NCBI RefSeq assembly: GCF_009914755.1
Contig: NC_060926.1
Origin: the human T2T-CHM13v2.0 reference genome, Homo sapiens
Reading direction: 5' to 3' (one strand)
Length of the DNA: 64,000 bases
Made by a program: the position numbers and the translations under genes. This document shows positions 42,862 to 55,721 of this stretch, piece by piece. Position 1 is the stretch's first letter, and every line of letters starts with the position of its first letter. Under the pieces are notes generated by a model. It was not told the origin of the DNA. It did no database searches and saw only the letters and a program-made list of their open reading frames with translations.

Positions 42862-43040
42862 TGCAGCTTACTATATGCAGAAAATTCAAATTGAACTCCT
42901 TCCTTACACCATATTCAAAGATCAACTCAAGATGGATTAAAGACTTAAATGTAAATTCCCAAACTATAAAAGCCCTGGAAGACAACCTAGGCAATACCAT
43001 TCTGGACATAGGAAGAGGCAAAGATTTCACAACGAAAACT
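42862..43040 (+). mobile_element. Isolated internal L1P ORF2 fragment
   Basis: Encodes [56 protein letters not shown]; no 3'UTR or poly(A). Confidence 0.85.
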
Positions 43041-43179
43041 GGATCTACTAGTTGATTTGCCATGAGATCCAGGAGCATCACTTAACTTCTCTAAGCCTCA
43101 ATATTTTCATACATAGAATGGTGGTTAAGAAAAATAATAGAACTTCTAGGTGGATAACTTTTTTAAAAATCTGTTTACC

Positions 43180-43360
43180 AGGAGAACCAGGTTCAGGAAG
43201 CTTCTGGTTAGATGAATATGTGGAGATTCCTGGAGAGAGGCAGGCCGAGGACATGGAAGATGTGCACGCCTTCCCCCATACCTTGCTTTATGTGTCTCTT
43301 CATCAGTATCCTTTGTAATATCCTTTATAATAAACCAGTAAGTGTAAAAAGAAAAAAAAA
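43180..43360 (+). mobile_element. MER21-like LTR fragment ending in AATAAA plus an A-tail
   Basis: ttcccccataccttgctttatgtgtctcttcatcagtatcctttgtaatatcctttataataaaccagtaagtgt followed by aaaaagaaaaaaaaa. Confidence 0.7.
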
Positions 43361-43369
43361 GTGTGTTTT

Positions 43370-43678
43370 AGCTGGGCATAGTGACTCACACTTGTAATCC
43401 CAGCACCAATTTGGCAGACTGAGGCAGAAGGATAGCTTGAGCTCAGCAATTCTAGATCATCCTGGGCGATATGGTAAAACCTTGACTCTACAAAAAAAAT
43501 ACAAAAATTAGCTGGGCGTGGTGGTACACACCTGTCGGCTCAGCTACTTGGGACACTGAGGTGGGAGGATCTCTTGGGCCCGGGAGGTCAAGGCTATAGT
43601 GAGCCACAATCATGCCACTGCACTTCAGCCTGGGTGACAGAGCAAGACTCTGTCTCCAAAAATAACAACAACAAACCC
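43370..43678 (+). mobile_element. AluJ
   Basis: AluJ-type motifs (ggatagcttgagctcag; gaggtcaaggctatagtgagc); TSD aaaaaagtgtgtt on both sides. Confidence 0.9.
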
Positions 43679-45232
43679 AAAAAAGTGTGTTCAAAGTATT
43701 TAATATCATGCTCCTCTTCCCTGTTCCTATAACACTGAATGGCATATAATACTAAGCTATGGTATAGTTAAGAGCTTTTAGATCATCAATAGTACTTACA
43801 TACACAAGCTGAGACCACCTGAACCTGAGCTTGTGGCCATAAAAATAGGGACAGTTGTCCAAGAGATATGGCCCCCCTTTACATTCTGCCAAATACAGCT
43901 GTTCTGGCCTGGGTGGAAGCAACTCACTATGAGCTTCATCCTCTTCCAAACTAGTTGCCATGTCTAAACATGAGCTTCTATTGCTCTAGGTAACCGGTCT
44001 TACAGGAGGAAGAAGAGCAAGATCAAAGGGGTGAAGTAAACTCAGAAAGATTCTTAACCTTAAATATTCTCAATCTAGTCTAGAATGTGCTGATTAGACA
44101 TAATCTAAATAAACACTTGCAGCACTGATAAAATATGTTAATAGGTGAGGTCCTTAGAAGCTTTGCAGGAGACATGTACGGTGTCATAATTGTTTCAGGC
44201 CAAATGAAACCCTCCCAACATCATACGTTGTCTAATCCTTCAAGATTTGGGAAGAGAAGGAAAACTTCATGAGCTGAATTTTGCATTGTGGAGAGAGAAG
44301 GATGAGGTTGAGTACTTAAAAATACACATTTTATATCTTCGTTGAGCATCTGCTATATAATAAACACTGTGCTAGGCACCAGAAAAAATACTGAACAAAA
44401 TGGGCATTGTCTTCAGCCCTCACACAACTCACAGTCTAAAGGGATGACATATTTTTAAGTGCTTCCTGATACTAATACAAAGCACATTTGACTATTAAAA
44501 ATGTTTCCTGTTGTTTTTCCAGATGTCAGTCTCATGTCTTCTCATCCTTCCATATGGTTCTCAGCCTAGATCACTTCAAATTCATTATCCCCTTCTCACA
44601 CTAACTCTTTTTGGGTTGGGGAGAGCATTCCAAAATCTTTTTATTCTTTTCATTTGGGCTTCAAACCCAGGTGAATCACTACATTCTCTAATAGTAAAAT
44701 TCCTGAAATTATTCTTTCCACAAACTATCCTTTGGCCAACTTGGAACCTTCTCTTGAGAAAACCATCACTCAGTAGGTGTTTTAGAAGAGTTTTTGTTTT
44801 AGTCATAGTGAGACAACAGTTAAGTTCCCTATTCATGCACTTTCCCCCAACTCAATGACGTACTATCTTTTCAAGGATTCTTAAGTTAAATTTAGTGTCA
44901 AGATCCAGTCACGGTAACAAATTGATGAGTTTAAACAAACTGCCTCGATGGAAGACAGACCATAATCATTCCTTCCCCCATGCCTCAATACTCTGATCTT
45001 CATCAGCAGCTTCTCTTAGCACTATCTGGCCAGAGATTTCTACTTATTTTACACAATTTCTTTGACTCAAACCTCAAGAACATAATTTCCTCCTCCTGAC
45101 AGCCTATGGCCTTTAAAGGGCATTTCACTTATGGAAGGAAATTAGCCTGAGAGGCTGGCCAAGTTAAATGAGGTCTATCACAGATAAAATTTAGAGAGCA
45201 AGAATGGGTAAATAATAATGAATTTATTAAAC

Positions 45233-45434
45233 AATAGCAAATATTATTGAGCCTTTACTGTGTGCTTTATGTGCATAATGACAACACTATGAGGCAGCCA
45301 CAAGTATTACATCTACAAAAGAGGCATAGAGGTATTAAGAAACTTACACACAATTACACAGCTGAGAAGTAGCCAAGTGAATTTGAGTTCAGACAGAGTA
45401 GCTCCAGAAGCCCTGCCCTAAACCACTATACTAC
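45233..45434 (-). mobile_element. MIR SINE
   Basis: tattgagcctttactgtgtgc...aacttacacacaattacacagctgagaagtagc...ctccagaagccctgccctaaaccactatac. Confidence 0.7.
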
Positions 45435-45492
45435 AGAAAAATGTTTTACCATAAGACTCAGAAATAAGACTAGCTCATTCAATACTAGTAAG

Positions 45493-45495
<3 letters not shown>

Positions 45496-45525
<30 letters not shown>

Positions 45526-46978
45526 ATAATATTTTAAGTTCTAGGGTGCATGTGCCCAATGTGCAGTTTTGTTACATAGGTATACATGTGTCACGTTGGT
45601 TTGCTGCACCCATCAACTCATCATTTACATTAGGTATTTCTCCTAATTCTATCCCTCCCCCAGCCCCCCACCCCCCAAGAGGCCCCAGTGTGTGATATTC
45701 CCCTCCCTGTGTCCACGTGTTCTTACTGTTTGACTCCCATCTATGAGTGAGAACATGCAGTGGTTGGTTTTCTGTCCTTGTGACAGTTTGCTGAGAATGA
45801 TGGTTTCCAGCTTCATCCATGTCCCTGCAAAGGACATGAACTCATCCCTTCTTCTGGCTGCATAGTATTCCATGGTGTATATGTGCCACATTTTCTTAAT
45901 CCAGTCTATTACTCATGGACATTTGAGTTGGTTCCAAGTCTTTGCTATTGGAAATAGTGCTGCAATAAACATATGTGTGCATGTGTCTTTATAGTAGCAT
46001 GATTTGTAATCCTTTGGGTATACAACCAGTAATGGGATCACTGGGTCAAATGGTATTTCTAGTTCTAGATCCTTGAGGAATCACCACACTGTCTTCCACA
46101 ATGGTTGAACTAGTTTACACTTCCACCAACAGTGTAAAGGCATTCCTGTTTCTCCACATCCTCTCCAGCATCTGTTGTTTCCTGACTTTTTAATGATCAT
46201 CATTCTAACTGGCATGAGATGGTACCTCATTGTGGTTTTGATTTGCATTTCTCTGATGACCAGTGATGATGAGCTTTTTTTCATATGTCTGTTGGCTGCA
46301 TAAATGTCATCTTTTGAGAGGTATGTGTTCATATCCTTTACCCACTTTTTGATGGGGTTGTTTTTTTTCTTGTAACTTTAGTTCTTTGTAGATTCTGGAT
46401 ATTAGCCCTTTGTCAGATGTGTAGATTGCAAAACCTTTCTTCCATTCGGTAGGTTGCCTGTACACTCTGCTGATAGTTTCTTTTGCTGTGCAGAAGCTCT
46501 TTAGTTTAATTAGATCTCATTTGCCAATTTTGGCTTCTGTTGCCATTGCTTTTGGTGTTTTAGTCATGAAGTCTTTGCCCATGCCTATGTCCTGAATGGT
46601 ATTGCCTAGGTTTTCTTCCAGGCTTTTTATGGTTTTAGATCTAACATTTAAGTATTTAATCCATCTTGAGTTAATTTTTGTATACAGTGTAAGGAAGGGA
46701 TCCAGTTTCAGCTTTCTACATATGGCTAGCCAGTTTTCCAGCACCATTTATTAAACAGGGAATCCTTTCCCCATTGCCCGTTTTTGTCAGGTTTGTCAAA
46801 GATCAGATGGTAGTAGATGTGTGGTGTTATTTCTGAGGTCTCTGTTCTGTTCCATTGGTCTATATATCTGTTTTAGCACCAGTACCATGCTGTTTTGGTT
46901 ACTGCAGCCTCGTAGTATAGTTTGACATCAGGTAGTGTGATGCTTCCAGCTTTGTTCTTTTTGCTTAGGATTGTCTTG
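45496..46978 (-). mobile_element. L1PA7-like 5'-truncated insertion
   Basis: Perfect 15-bp TSD aatactagtaagttt (45481-45495 and 46979-46993); tail converted to (TAA)n; ORF2 C-terminal frames at 46517-46747, 46081-46332 and 45649-45891. Confidence 0.95.
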
Positions 46979-47149
46979 AATACTAGTAAGTTTTAAATTT
47001 TTGTTATCCTTGGTTACTTGCAAGAGAGATCAGCTTTTAGTAAGATATTTCAGCTTTTGAAGTTTATATTATGTCCCCTCAGTTAACCACTTTTCACACA
47101 CACATCTTTAATAACATCTGAAAAACATAGTTGATAAAAAATTTGAATG

Positions 47150-47995
47150 CAGAATAACAATCCTACTAAAAATGGACAAACTACTTGAACATATTGTTTA
47201 CCAAAGAGGATACACAGATGGCTAACAAACACACACACAAAAATTATAAACATCATGCAACATTAGAGAAGTGCACATTCAACCTACAATGGGATGGAAT
47301 ATGCCACACACCTATTGAAAGTTTAAAATTAAATAGAATCATCATACCAAATGCCAGTGAGCATAAGGAATAACTAAAAGTCTCGTAAATACTGGTGTTT
47401 AAGTAAAATAGTATAACCACTCTGGAAAATAGCTTGGCAATGTCTTAAAAAGTTAAGTGTACACTCACCAATTGAAATAGCCATTCCACTCCTAGGTATT
47501 TGTCCAAGAGAAAATAAAGCATATATTTATAAAAGGATTCGTAAGCAAATGTTGATATCTGAATTATTTGTAATAGCCAATACCTGGAAACAACTGCAAT
47601 ATCCAACAATGTCTGAATGGCTACACAAACTGTGGTATATCTATACAATGAGATACTACTGACTGATAAAAAGGCATGAACTATTGACGCATGCAATAAT
47701 ATGGATTAATCTCTCAAAATAGTTATAATGAGTGAAAGAAACCAGACACAAAAAATTACATAGTTTATAATGCCAATTATGTAAAACTCTAGAAAATGCA
47801 AATAAATCTCTAGTAACAGAAAACAAAGCAATTGTTGCCTGGGAGAGCAGTAATAGGAAGGGATAGGATGGAGAAATTACAAAGAAGAAACCAATCTACT
47901 CACTATCTTTTAGTTATGGTTTTTCAAAACTTATCAAATTGTACATTTTAGTATAAGCAGTTTATAGTATGTCAAGTATACCACAATAAAACTCA
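47150..47995 (+). mobile_element. Ancient L1 (L1MC/MD/ME) 3' end
   Basis: ccaaagaggatacacagatggctaac; ccattccactcctaggtattt; ataatgagtgaaagaaaccagacac; ends near aataaa. Confidence 0.8.
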
Positions 47996-48774
47996 GTTTA
48001 AAACGTTTTTTAAAAAGTTTTTAAAAATGACCATAACACCCTTATTGAAAAACAGAACTTTTTCCAAAATTTTGACTGATGTTGGTTTGTGGCATTAACA
48101 TTTCTGGGGAAACTTTAATGTATGTTATTGTGAGACTAATAAGCACCCCAAATATTTCAGTCCTGATGTGTAATTCCAGAAATTTTGATAGGTCAAGGGA
48201 AATGTCTTTGCTTTCAGGGAAGCCTCCCTTTCCCTTCAAATCTACCTGGTGGTTTGGCTGCTTTTTCCTGACACAAATTTGAATAGTCCTGACTGCATAT
48301 GTGGGAGGTGATACTTGATGATCTTCCTGACAAGTCGTCTCATGCATGGAGCCACCTGATCAAACTATTCCCCAGAAGCTGTACATCTGGATCATTTCAG
48401 CACGCTTACTTGAAATTGTCAATCATTTCAGAATGCCAGAGAAATCTGTTTTTCTAGGTTGTAGAGAAGAGACTTCTATTTAATGTCTGTAAGATCTCTT
48501 GTTTGGTTTACCTTAAGGTTGAAACCCTGCCTGCAGGTGCACATTTCAATTTTCTATAGTACTTATGATTAACTTTTAAGAGTTGTTTGGTTTTGTTATT
48601 GACAAGGAAACAAAAAACAAACAAAAGAAATTGCACATGTTGAACGCTTGATGGGTGTTCAGTTAAATTATTTCTAACAGAATATTTAAGACTCAGTAAA
48701 TATAGTTATTATTTATAAATGTCAGCACATTTAGATTTTCAACTACATAGCATTTCAATACTTGTCAAGGAGAT

Positions 48775-48860
48775 GTATATGCATATGTATATGTATATGT
48801 ACATGTACATGTATATGTATATGTATATGTATATATATAGAGAGAGAGAGACAGAGAGAA
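48775..48860. repeat. (TATATG)n/(GA)n simple repeats
   Basis: Directly visible in the sequence. Confidence 0.9.
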
Positions 48861-50332
48861 CCTAAGCTTTCACAACCTTTTTGTCCACACTATAGTACTA
48901 TGAAGTAAAGATTACTATAAAATGAAGAATTCTATGATGAATTTTATACATTCTTGAATGTACATTAGAGCTTTTAATACTCTGTGGGTAAAAAAATATG
49001 GAAAATAAAACTAAGCAAGTTATGAGCATATTTTATAGATATGTTAGTATTGAAGTATATCATTTCAACCTTACCTTTGAGAAGTACTTGAATCCCTCAA
49101 AAATTTAGATAATTTTTAAGGCAACTTTATTATACATTTCTTGTGGTAGAATACATTTACTTTGAGATGGTATTATAAATACACACACATATATGTGTAT
49201 ATTTATTTATACATGTACACACAGTTAATAATCATTAAATATGGTCTGCTTATATTTTTCATCATGCTTCAAACTTGTTATATTCAGAATGCCCACTTAT
49301 ATAAGTATTTCAGTAATAAAATTGGTTTTTATTTTTTACTTTTCATAAGCATGATTTAATTTTACACTATATTATATTTCACATCATGGATTCAGCCCTA
49401 GGCAGAATTTAATTGATGCCTATAATAAACTCCGAGTTTTTTATGAGCTAACAAATCCTAATCCTCAAGACAAAAGTATAAACAGGACCAACATTCTTGA
49501 GTCACCTAATTGTTTTTTTCTGCTAAAAATTATTATCTTTATTTGATCTATAGCCATATGTGTACCTATATTTATTTATACATACACTCACACACACATT
49601 CAAATCCACTTACACAAGCATATATAAACACATTCAACAGCAGAAGGCCAATAGTTATAGTGCTTATTTCTAAACAGAGAAAGATTCCAACATAATTGTA
49701 TTCTTTAATCAAGAATTAAAAAAAAATTCTGATTTATTTTCTGGGAAAGAATATAATTATTTATTTCTGTTTGTGGATTTAGATGCTATAGAAAACTGTA
49801 TAAAGTACTGCTCTTCGTAAAATATTGGTTAATATTCAAAATATTGATAGGGTTTAAAAAACTCTATTTGAGATAACTTACATATTAGGTATTTCATGTG
49901 CACAATAGCTATTGCCCTTAATAAACTGATTTTTGTGGGCTACAAATTATTAAATAATACTTTTGGATTTATCCTGTGTTTTATCTTTTGGCAAATGATA
50001 ATTTATGCCTATAGCCCACTGTTCAGTTTTCAATATAGCATAAAAGGGAGTCAAATGCAAATAAAAACATTTTGATAAAACTTCATTCTATATAGAAAAA
50101 AATAGATGAGTGCACGTTTAGAAGTAGGTTGATTTCAAGTCAATATCAAATTTCCAGGAATATACCTATTTAAATTATACATAGACAGTTTTATTTTATT
50201 GGGAATAAATTAGGTGGAACAACTCAGCATGAAGACAGGGATAAATATTCTCTGAAGATATTATGAGCACCTTTCTAGAATTCTTCCTATAACACAGCCT
50301 TATTATCAAATGGGAACTTCAAGCTAACTTAA

Positions 50333-50550
50333 CAGCTATGGGGACCCAAAGGCATACAGACTGGTATAAGGAACATTGAAGACTCAGAGGGGGAAGAGTA
50401 GGAGGGGAGTGAAGGATTAAAAATAATATACATACTGACTACAATGTGCAGCATACAGGTGACAGGTGCACTAAAATCTGACTTCACCACTATACAATTC
50501 ATCCATATAATGAAAAACTACACATACCCCCAAAACTATTGAAATAAAAT
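50333..50550 (+). mobile_element. L1PB (PB4-like) 3' terminal fragment
   Basis: aaaggcatacagactggtataaggaacattgaagactcag...ggtgcactaaaatctgacttcaccactatacaattcatccat...ctattgaaataaaa. Confidence 0.8.
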
Positions 50551-50752
50551 ATATGTGTGTATGTGTGTGTGTCTATGTGTATAATTTTTAAAAGCATACC
50601 TTTACATATTTAAATATTTCTCATATTTTCATTATAAATAAGTAATATATGGCAGTTTATCTCTACATTTCAGAACTCTCAAACATAGTGATGGTTACAA
50701 AGAAAGACTCTTACCACAGTTGATATTGAAAACTCTTTTCAGTCTTACTTAT

Positions 50753-53144
50753 TGATGTGGTTTGGCTCTGTGTCTGCACCCAAATATCATCTTGAGTTGT
50801 GATCCTTAGTGTTGGAGAAGGGTCCTGGTGGGAGGTGACTGGATCATTGGGGTGGGATTTCTATATGCTGGTCTTGTGATAGTGAGTGAGTTCTCAGGAG
50901 ATCTAATGGTTTAAAAAGCATGTGGCACTTCCCCCTCACTCTCTTTCTCTCCAGCTCCTCAATGGGAAGATGTACCTTGCTTCCTTTTCACCGTCCACCA
51001 AGATTCTAAGTTTCCTGAGGCTTTCTAGTCATGCGTTCAGTTAAGCCTGCAGAACTGTGAGTCAATTAAACCCCTTTTCTTCATAAATTACCCAGTCTCA
51101 GGTAGTTCTTTATACCAGAGTGAAAATAGATTAACACCAAAAATTGGTACCAGAGGAGGGGGCACTGCTATAAAGATACCTGAAAATGTGGAAGTGACTT
51201 TGGAATTAGTTAATGGGCAGAGCTTGGAACAGTTTGGAAGGCTCAGAAGAAGACAGGAAGGGGTGGAAAAATTTGGAAATTCCTAGAGACTTGTTGACTG
51301 GTTTTGACCAAATTACTGATAGTGATATAAACAATGAAGTCCAGGCTGAGGTGATCTCATATAGAGATGAGGAACTTATTGGGAACTGGAGTAAATGTCA
51401 CTCTTGCTACGCTTTAGCAAAGAGACTGGCAGCATTTTTCCCTTACCCTAGAGATCTCTGGAACTCTGAACTTGAGAGAGATGATTTAGGGCACCTGGCA
51501 GAAGAAATTTCTAAGGACCAAAGCATTCAAGATGTATCCTGGCTGTCTCTAAAACTATATGCACATATGTGTGAACAAAAAGATTGTATGAAACTGGAAC
51601 TTACATTTAAAAGGGAATCAGAGTATAGAAGTTTGGAAAATGTGCAGCCTGGTCATTTGGCAGAAAAGAAAAACCCATTTTGGGTGGAGAAATTTAAGCC
51701 TGTTGCAGAAATATGCATAAGAAGAGCCAAATATTAATAGCCAAGACAATGGGGAAAATGTCTCCAGGGCATTTCAGGGACCTTTACAGCAGCCCCTCCT
51801 ATCACAGGCTCAGAGGCCTGGAGGGAAAAATGGTTTCATGGGCCAGGCCCGGTGCCCTATTGCTCTGTGCAGCCTCAGGACTTTGTGTTCAGCATTCCAG
51901 CCACTCCGACTCCAGCCGAGGCTAAAAGGGGCCAAAGTACAGCGTGGGCCATGGATTCAGAGGGTGCAAGCCCAAAGCCTTGGCAACTTCCATCTGGTGT
52001 TGGGCCTGCAGGTGCTCAGAAGGCAAGAGTTGAGGTTTGGGAAACTCTGCCTAAATTTCAGAGGATGCGTGGAAGTGGCTAGATGTCCAGGCAGAAGTCT
52101 GCTCCAGGAACAGAGCCCTCATGGAGAATCTCTACTAGGGAAGCACAGAGGGGAATTGTAGGTTTGGAGCCCCCACACAGAGTCCCCACTGGGGCACTGT
52201 CTAGTGGAGCTGTAAGAAGAGGGCCACTGTCCTCCAGATTCCAGAATGGTAGATCCACCAAAAGCTTGCTCCACGCACCTGGAAAAGTCGCAGTCACTAA
52301 ACACCAGCCTGTGAAAGTAGCCAACGGGGCTTTACCCAGCAGAGACACAGGGACCCAAGGCCTTGGGAGCCCACCCTTTGCATCGGCATGCCCTGTATGT
52401 GAGAGATGGAGTCAAAGTAGATTATTTTGGAACTTTAAGATTAACGACTGTCCTACGGGGTTTCAGACTTGCATGGGGCATGTAGCCCCTTTGTTTTGGC
52501 CAATTTCTCCCATTTGGAATGGGAGCATTTACGCAACGACTGTACATCCATTGTATCTTGGAAGTAACTAAGTTATTTTTGATTTTACAGGCTCATAGGA
52601 AGAAGGGACTTGCCTTGTCTCAGATGAGTCTTTGGACTTAGACCTTTGGGTTAATGCTGGAATGAGTTAAGACTTTCGGGGACTGTTGGGAAGGCATGAT
52701 GTGTTTTGAAATGTGAGAAGGACATGAGATTTGGGAGGGGCCAAGGGCAGACTGATAACGTTTGGCTCTGTGTCCCCCCCCCCATCCAATTCTCATCTCG
52801 AGTTGTGATCCTTAGTGTTGGAGGAGAGACCTGTGGGAGGTGACTGGATCATGGGGTGGATTTCCCCTATGTTCATCTCATGATAGTGAATAAGTTCTCA
52901 TGAAATCTGGTTGTTAAAAATGCATGTGGCACTTCCCCCCTGCTACCTCTCTCTCTCCTCCTCCACCATGAGACGATGTGCCTTGATTCCCCTTTGCCTT
53001 CTGCGATGATTGTAAGTTTCCCAAGGCCTCCAAGTCTTGCTTCTGGTTAAGCTTGCAGAACTGTGAGTCAATTAAACCTTTTTTCTTCATAAATTACCTG
53101 GTCTCACGTAGTTTTTTTATAGTGTGTGAAAACAAACTAATACA
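50753..53144 (+). mobile_element. Complete MSTA MaLR (LTR 50753-51138, internal part, LTR 52753-53144)
   Basis: Two colinear LTRs share gagttgtgatccttagtgttggag and gcatgtggcacttcccc; the internal part starts aaaattggtaccaga; a purine tract precedes the 3' LTR; degenerate TSD cttat/cctct. Confidence 0.92.
51213..51737 (+). pseudogene. MaLR internal ORF remnant (174 aa)
   Basis: GRAWNSLEGSEEDRK..EELIGNWSKCHSCYALAKRLAAF..PRDLWNSELERDDLG is the typical THE1/MST-int translation. Confidence 0.8.
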
Positions 53145-53257
53145 CCTCTCTATGGACTCACCTACCTTGTTATTTAAGAGCAAAATATCTAATAATAGAA
53201 GAACTTATGTCATATCACAATGGAGTAGTAATCCATGGTCATAAAAATGATACAGTA

Positions 53258-53580
53258 GGCTAGGCGTGGTGGCTCACACCTGTATTCCCAGCAGTTTGGG
53301 AGCCTGAGGCGGGTGGACCACCTGAGGTCAGAGTTCGAGACCAGCCTGGCCAACCTAGTGAAACCCCATCTCTACTAGTAGAGTGAAACCCCATCTCTAC
53401 TAGAAATACAAAAAATTAGCTGGCTATGGTGGCATGCGCCTGTAGTCCCTGCTACTCAGAGATTGAGGCAGAAGATTTGCTTGAACCCAGGAGTCAGAGA
53501 TTGCAATGAGCCAAGATCACGCCACTGCACTCCAGCCTGGGCAACAGAGCGAGACTCTATCTTGGAACAAAAAGAAAAAA
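53258..53580 (+). mobile_element. AluS with an internal 22-bp duplication
   Basis: Alu dimer; TSD (aaaaa)gatacagta on both sides; agtgaaaccccatctctactag occurs twice. Confidence 0.92.
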
Positions 53581-53949
53581 GATACAGTAATCTTTCACTA
53601 TTGATTATTATTTCACATTAATCTCATATAGTCCAATAAGGACAGTTTATAAACTGGCAAAAAATAAAAATAAAGCAAATTTTGGCAAAGAAAAATGAAC
53701 CCAAGAATTGGAATGGACTATTAACAGTCATAGGGTTTTCCTTTACGTTGATAAAGGTATTTTGGAATTAGAGAGTCATTTTGCAACCTTGTGAATATAC
53801 TAAAAGCTACTGACTTGTACACCTTAAAATGATGACATTTATGGTTTGTGAAATATATCTAAGTTCTTAAAAGATGAAACTACTTTGAAAAACAAAAGCC
53901 TTATGAATATGGTACTTTAAGCATGAACTTAGTTTTTAATCTAATATTA

Positions 53950-55087
53950 CTGCCATGTTGTATTAAATATATTTGTTTCAAGAGTATTCATGATAGTTCA
54001 CTTGATAATTTTTATAGCAACTCATTTAAAATCCTTGTTAAGTAACACCAACAACTCAGTCATCTAATCCTCGGTATCTGTTGATTGTCTCTTCTGATGC
54101 AAGTTGATTGTCTCACATTTCTTTATATGCTGGAATATTTTGAATATTATATCAAGAGACTCTGAGTCTTGTTTAAATCCTACAGAAAAAGTTGGTATTT
54201 AGTTTTAGCCTTCTATGGCCATCAGTCCCAATATGAGTTTAATTTTTCATGTATTTACACTATTATTCAGATCTGTCCCATGTGTGTACTACTTAGTGGT
54301 AAGTCTGGGACCCATCTTCTCATTTCTAAACATTTTTATGCTAAATAGAATTAGATTTATGTATGTGCAGTTTGGGGATGAGCCCAAAGTTTTATAAACA
54401 AATTTATGGTGTCACTTTCCCTCTTGCTCTCCATGGCAGCCCCAGTAATTTTTCTCGTGCTTCTTTTTGATTGTCCAGCTAGAAACCACCTACTTTCATA
54501 ATTCTACCATGCCTGGGGCTAATTAGTTGGAGGATCAAAAGTGAGAAAGAAAGGCAATTGAGTTTGGATACATTATATTGACGCAACAGATCCACTACAT
54601 GGAGATGAATGTTTTCTACATTCAGAGCTTTGGCTCCAACAGGCCTCCATTGCTGACTGATGTCAATGTCACTGATCTCTTCACCATGGGATTTCCTGGT
54701 GACTGAAGAATGAGAAAGCATAGAAAAAGAAGAGAAAGAAAGTCAAAGGATTTACCCTCATTCTTTTTGAGTTTTAGAAATTCCCTTTCAAGCTCATACA
54801 TGCAGTACTCTCTACCTTTCTCTCTGCCTGCACTACAATGCTCAATTCCAGGTTTCAGGCTTTGTTGAATTTTAGGCTGGGAGAGACCTGGAAGAAAAAA
54901 AAGATAAACTCACCACTAGTTCAATGATGCTCCAAATTCTGGCGTTTTTCTCTGATCCACTTGTTGCTATTTGCTTTTCAAGTTCTCAAATAGCTAGGCC
55001 GTGAATTCTTTCCTGGTTTTATAGTTGAGTTCAGTGGAAGTGAAAAGGGGCTTGTGTTAACTCCGTCTTAGCTGGAACGGGAACTCT
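53950..55087 (-). mobile_element. Ancient L1M 5' region
   Basis: tttatagcaactcatttaaaatccttg...tatctgttgattgtctcttc; ends with ccgtcttagctggaacgggaactc, resembling an L1M 5' terminus. Confidence 0.55.
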
Positions 55088-55363
55088 GTAAGGCATATAA
55101 TATGCAAATATTATTTAAACAATACATAAGGCATGCAATTTATAAGTAGTAATTAGAAAGAATTATCTTGCCTCAAATTCTTAAAATATTCTATTAAGAC
55201 ATTGTAAAAACCATGAAAATAATTGATGACTATCAGTTTAAAGTTTCCAAGTTTTGCTTGATCAAACTTCTTTATCAAATTATAGAAAATCAGATAAAAT
55301 TTTAAATAATAAAAACACTGTAAACAATATTTATTGATGTTTTGACCTATGACCTAAGCTTGG

Positions 55364-55721
55364 CAAAATGGTTTAAATGTGTCCCCTCAGAAAGTGTATG
55401 TTAAAAACTTAATCACCAATGAAACAGTGTAGGGAGGTGAGGTCTAGTGGGAAGCATTTAGGTCATAAGAGTTCCACCTTCATGAATAGAAAAATGCTGA
55501 TAATAAAAGAGCTTCAGCCTGAAAGTTTGATCTCTTGCTCTTTCTCTCTTTCTCCTTGCCCTTCTACCCTGGGATGATGCAGCAAGAAAGGTTTCACCAA
55601 ATGTCAACTCCTTGATCTTGGACTTCCCAGCTTCCAGGACCATGAGCTAATAAATTTCTGTTTGTTATAATTTACTCAGTCTGGAGTATTCTGTTATAGC
55701 AGCACAAAACAGACTAAAATA
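55364..55721 (+). mobile_element. MSTC/MSTD-like solo LTR
   Basis: atggtttaaatgtgtcccc...cttgatcttggacttcccagc...gtattctgttatagcagcacaaaacagactaa; TSD cttgg (55359-55363 and 55722-55726). Confidence 0.85.
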
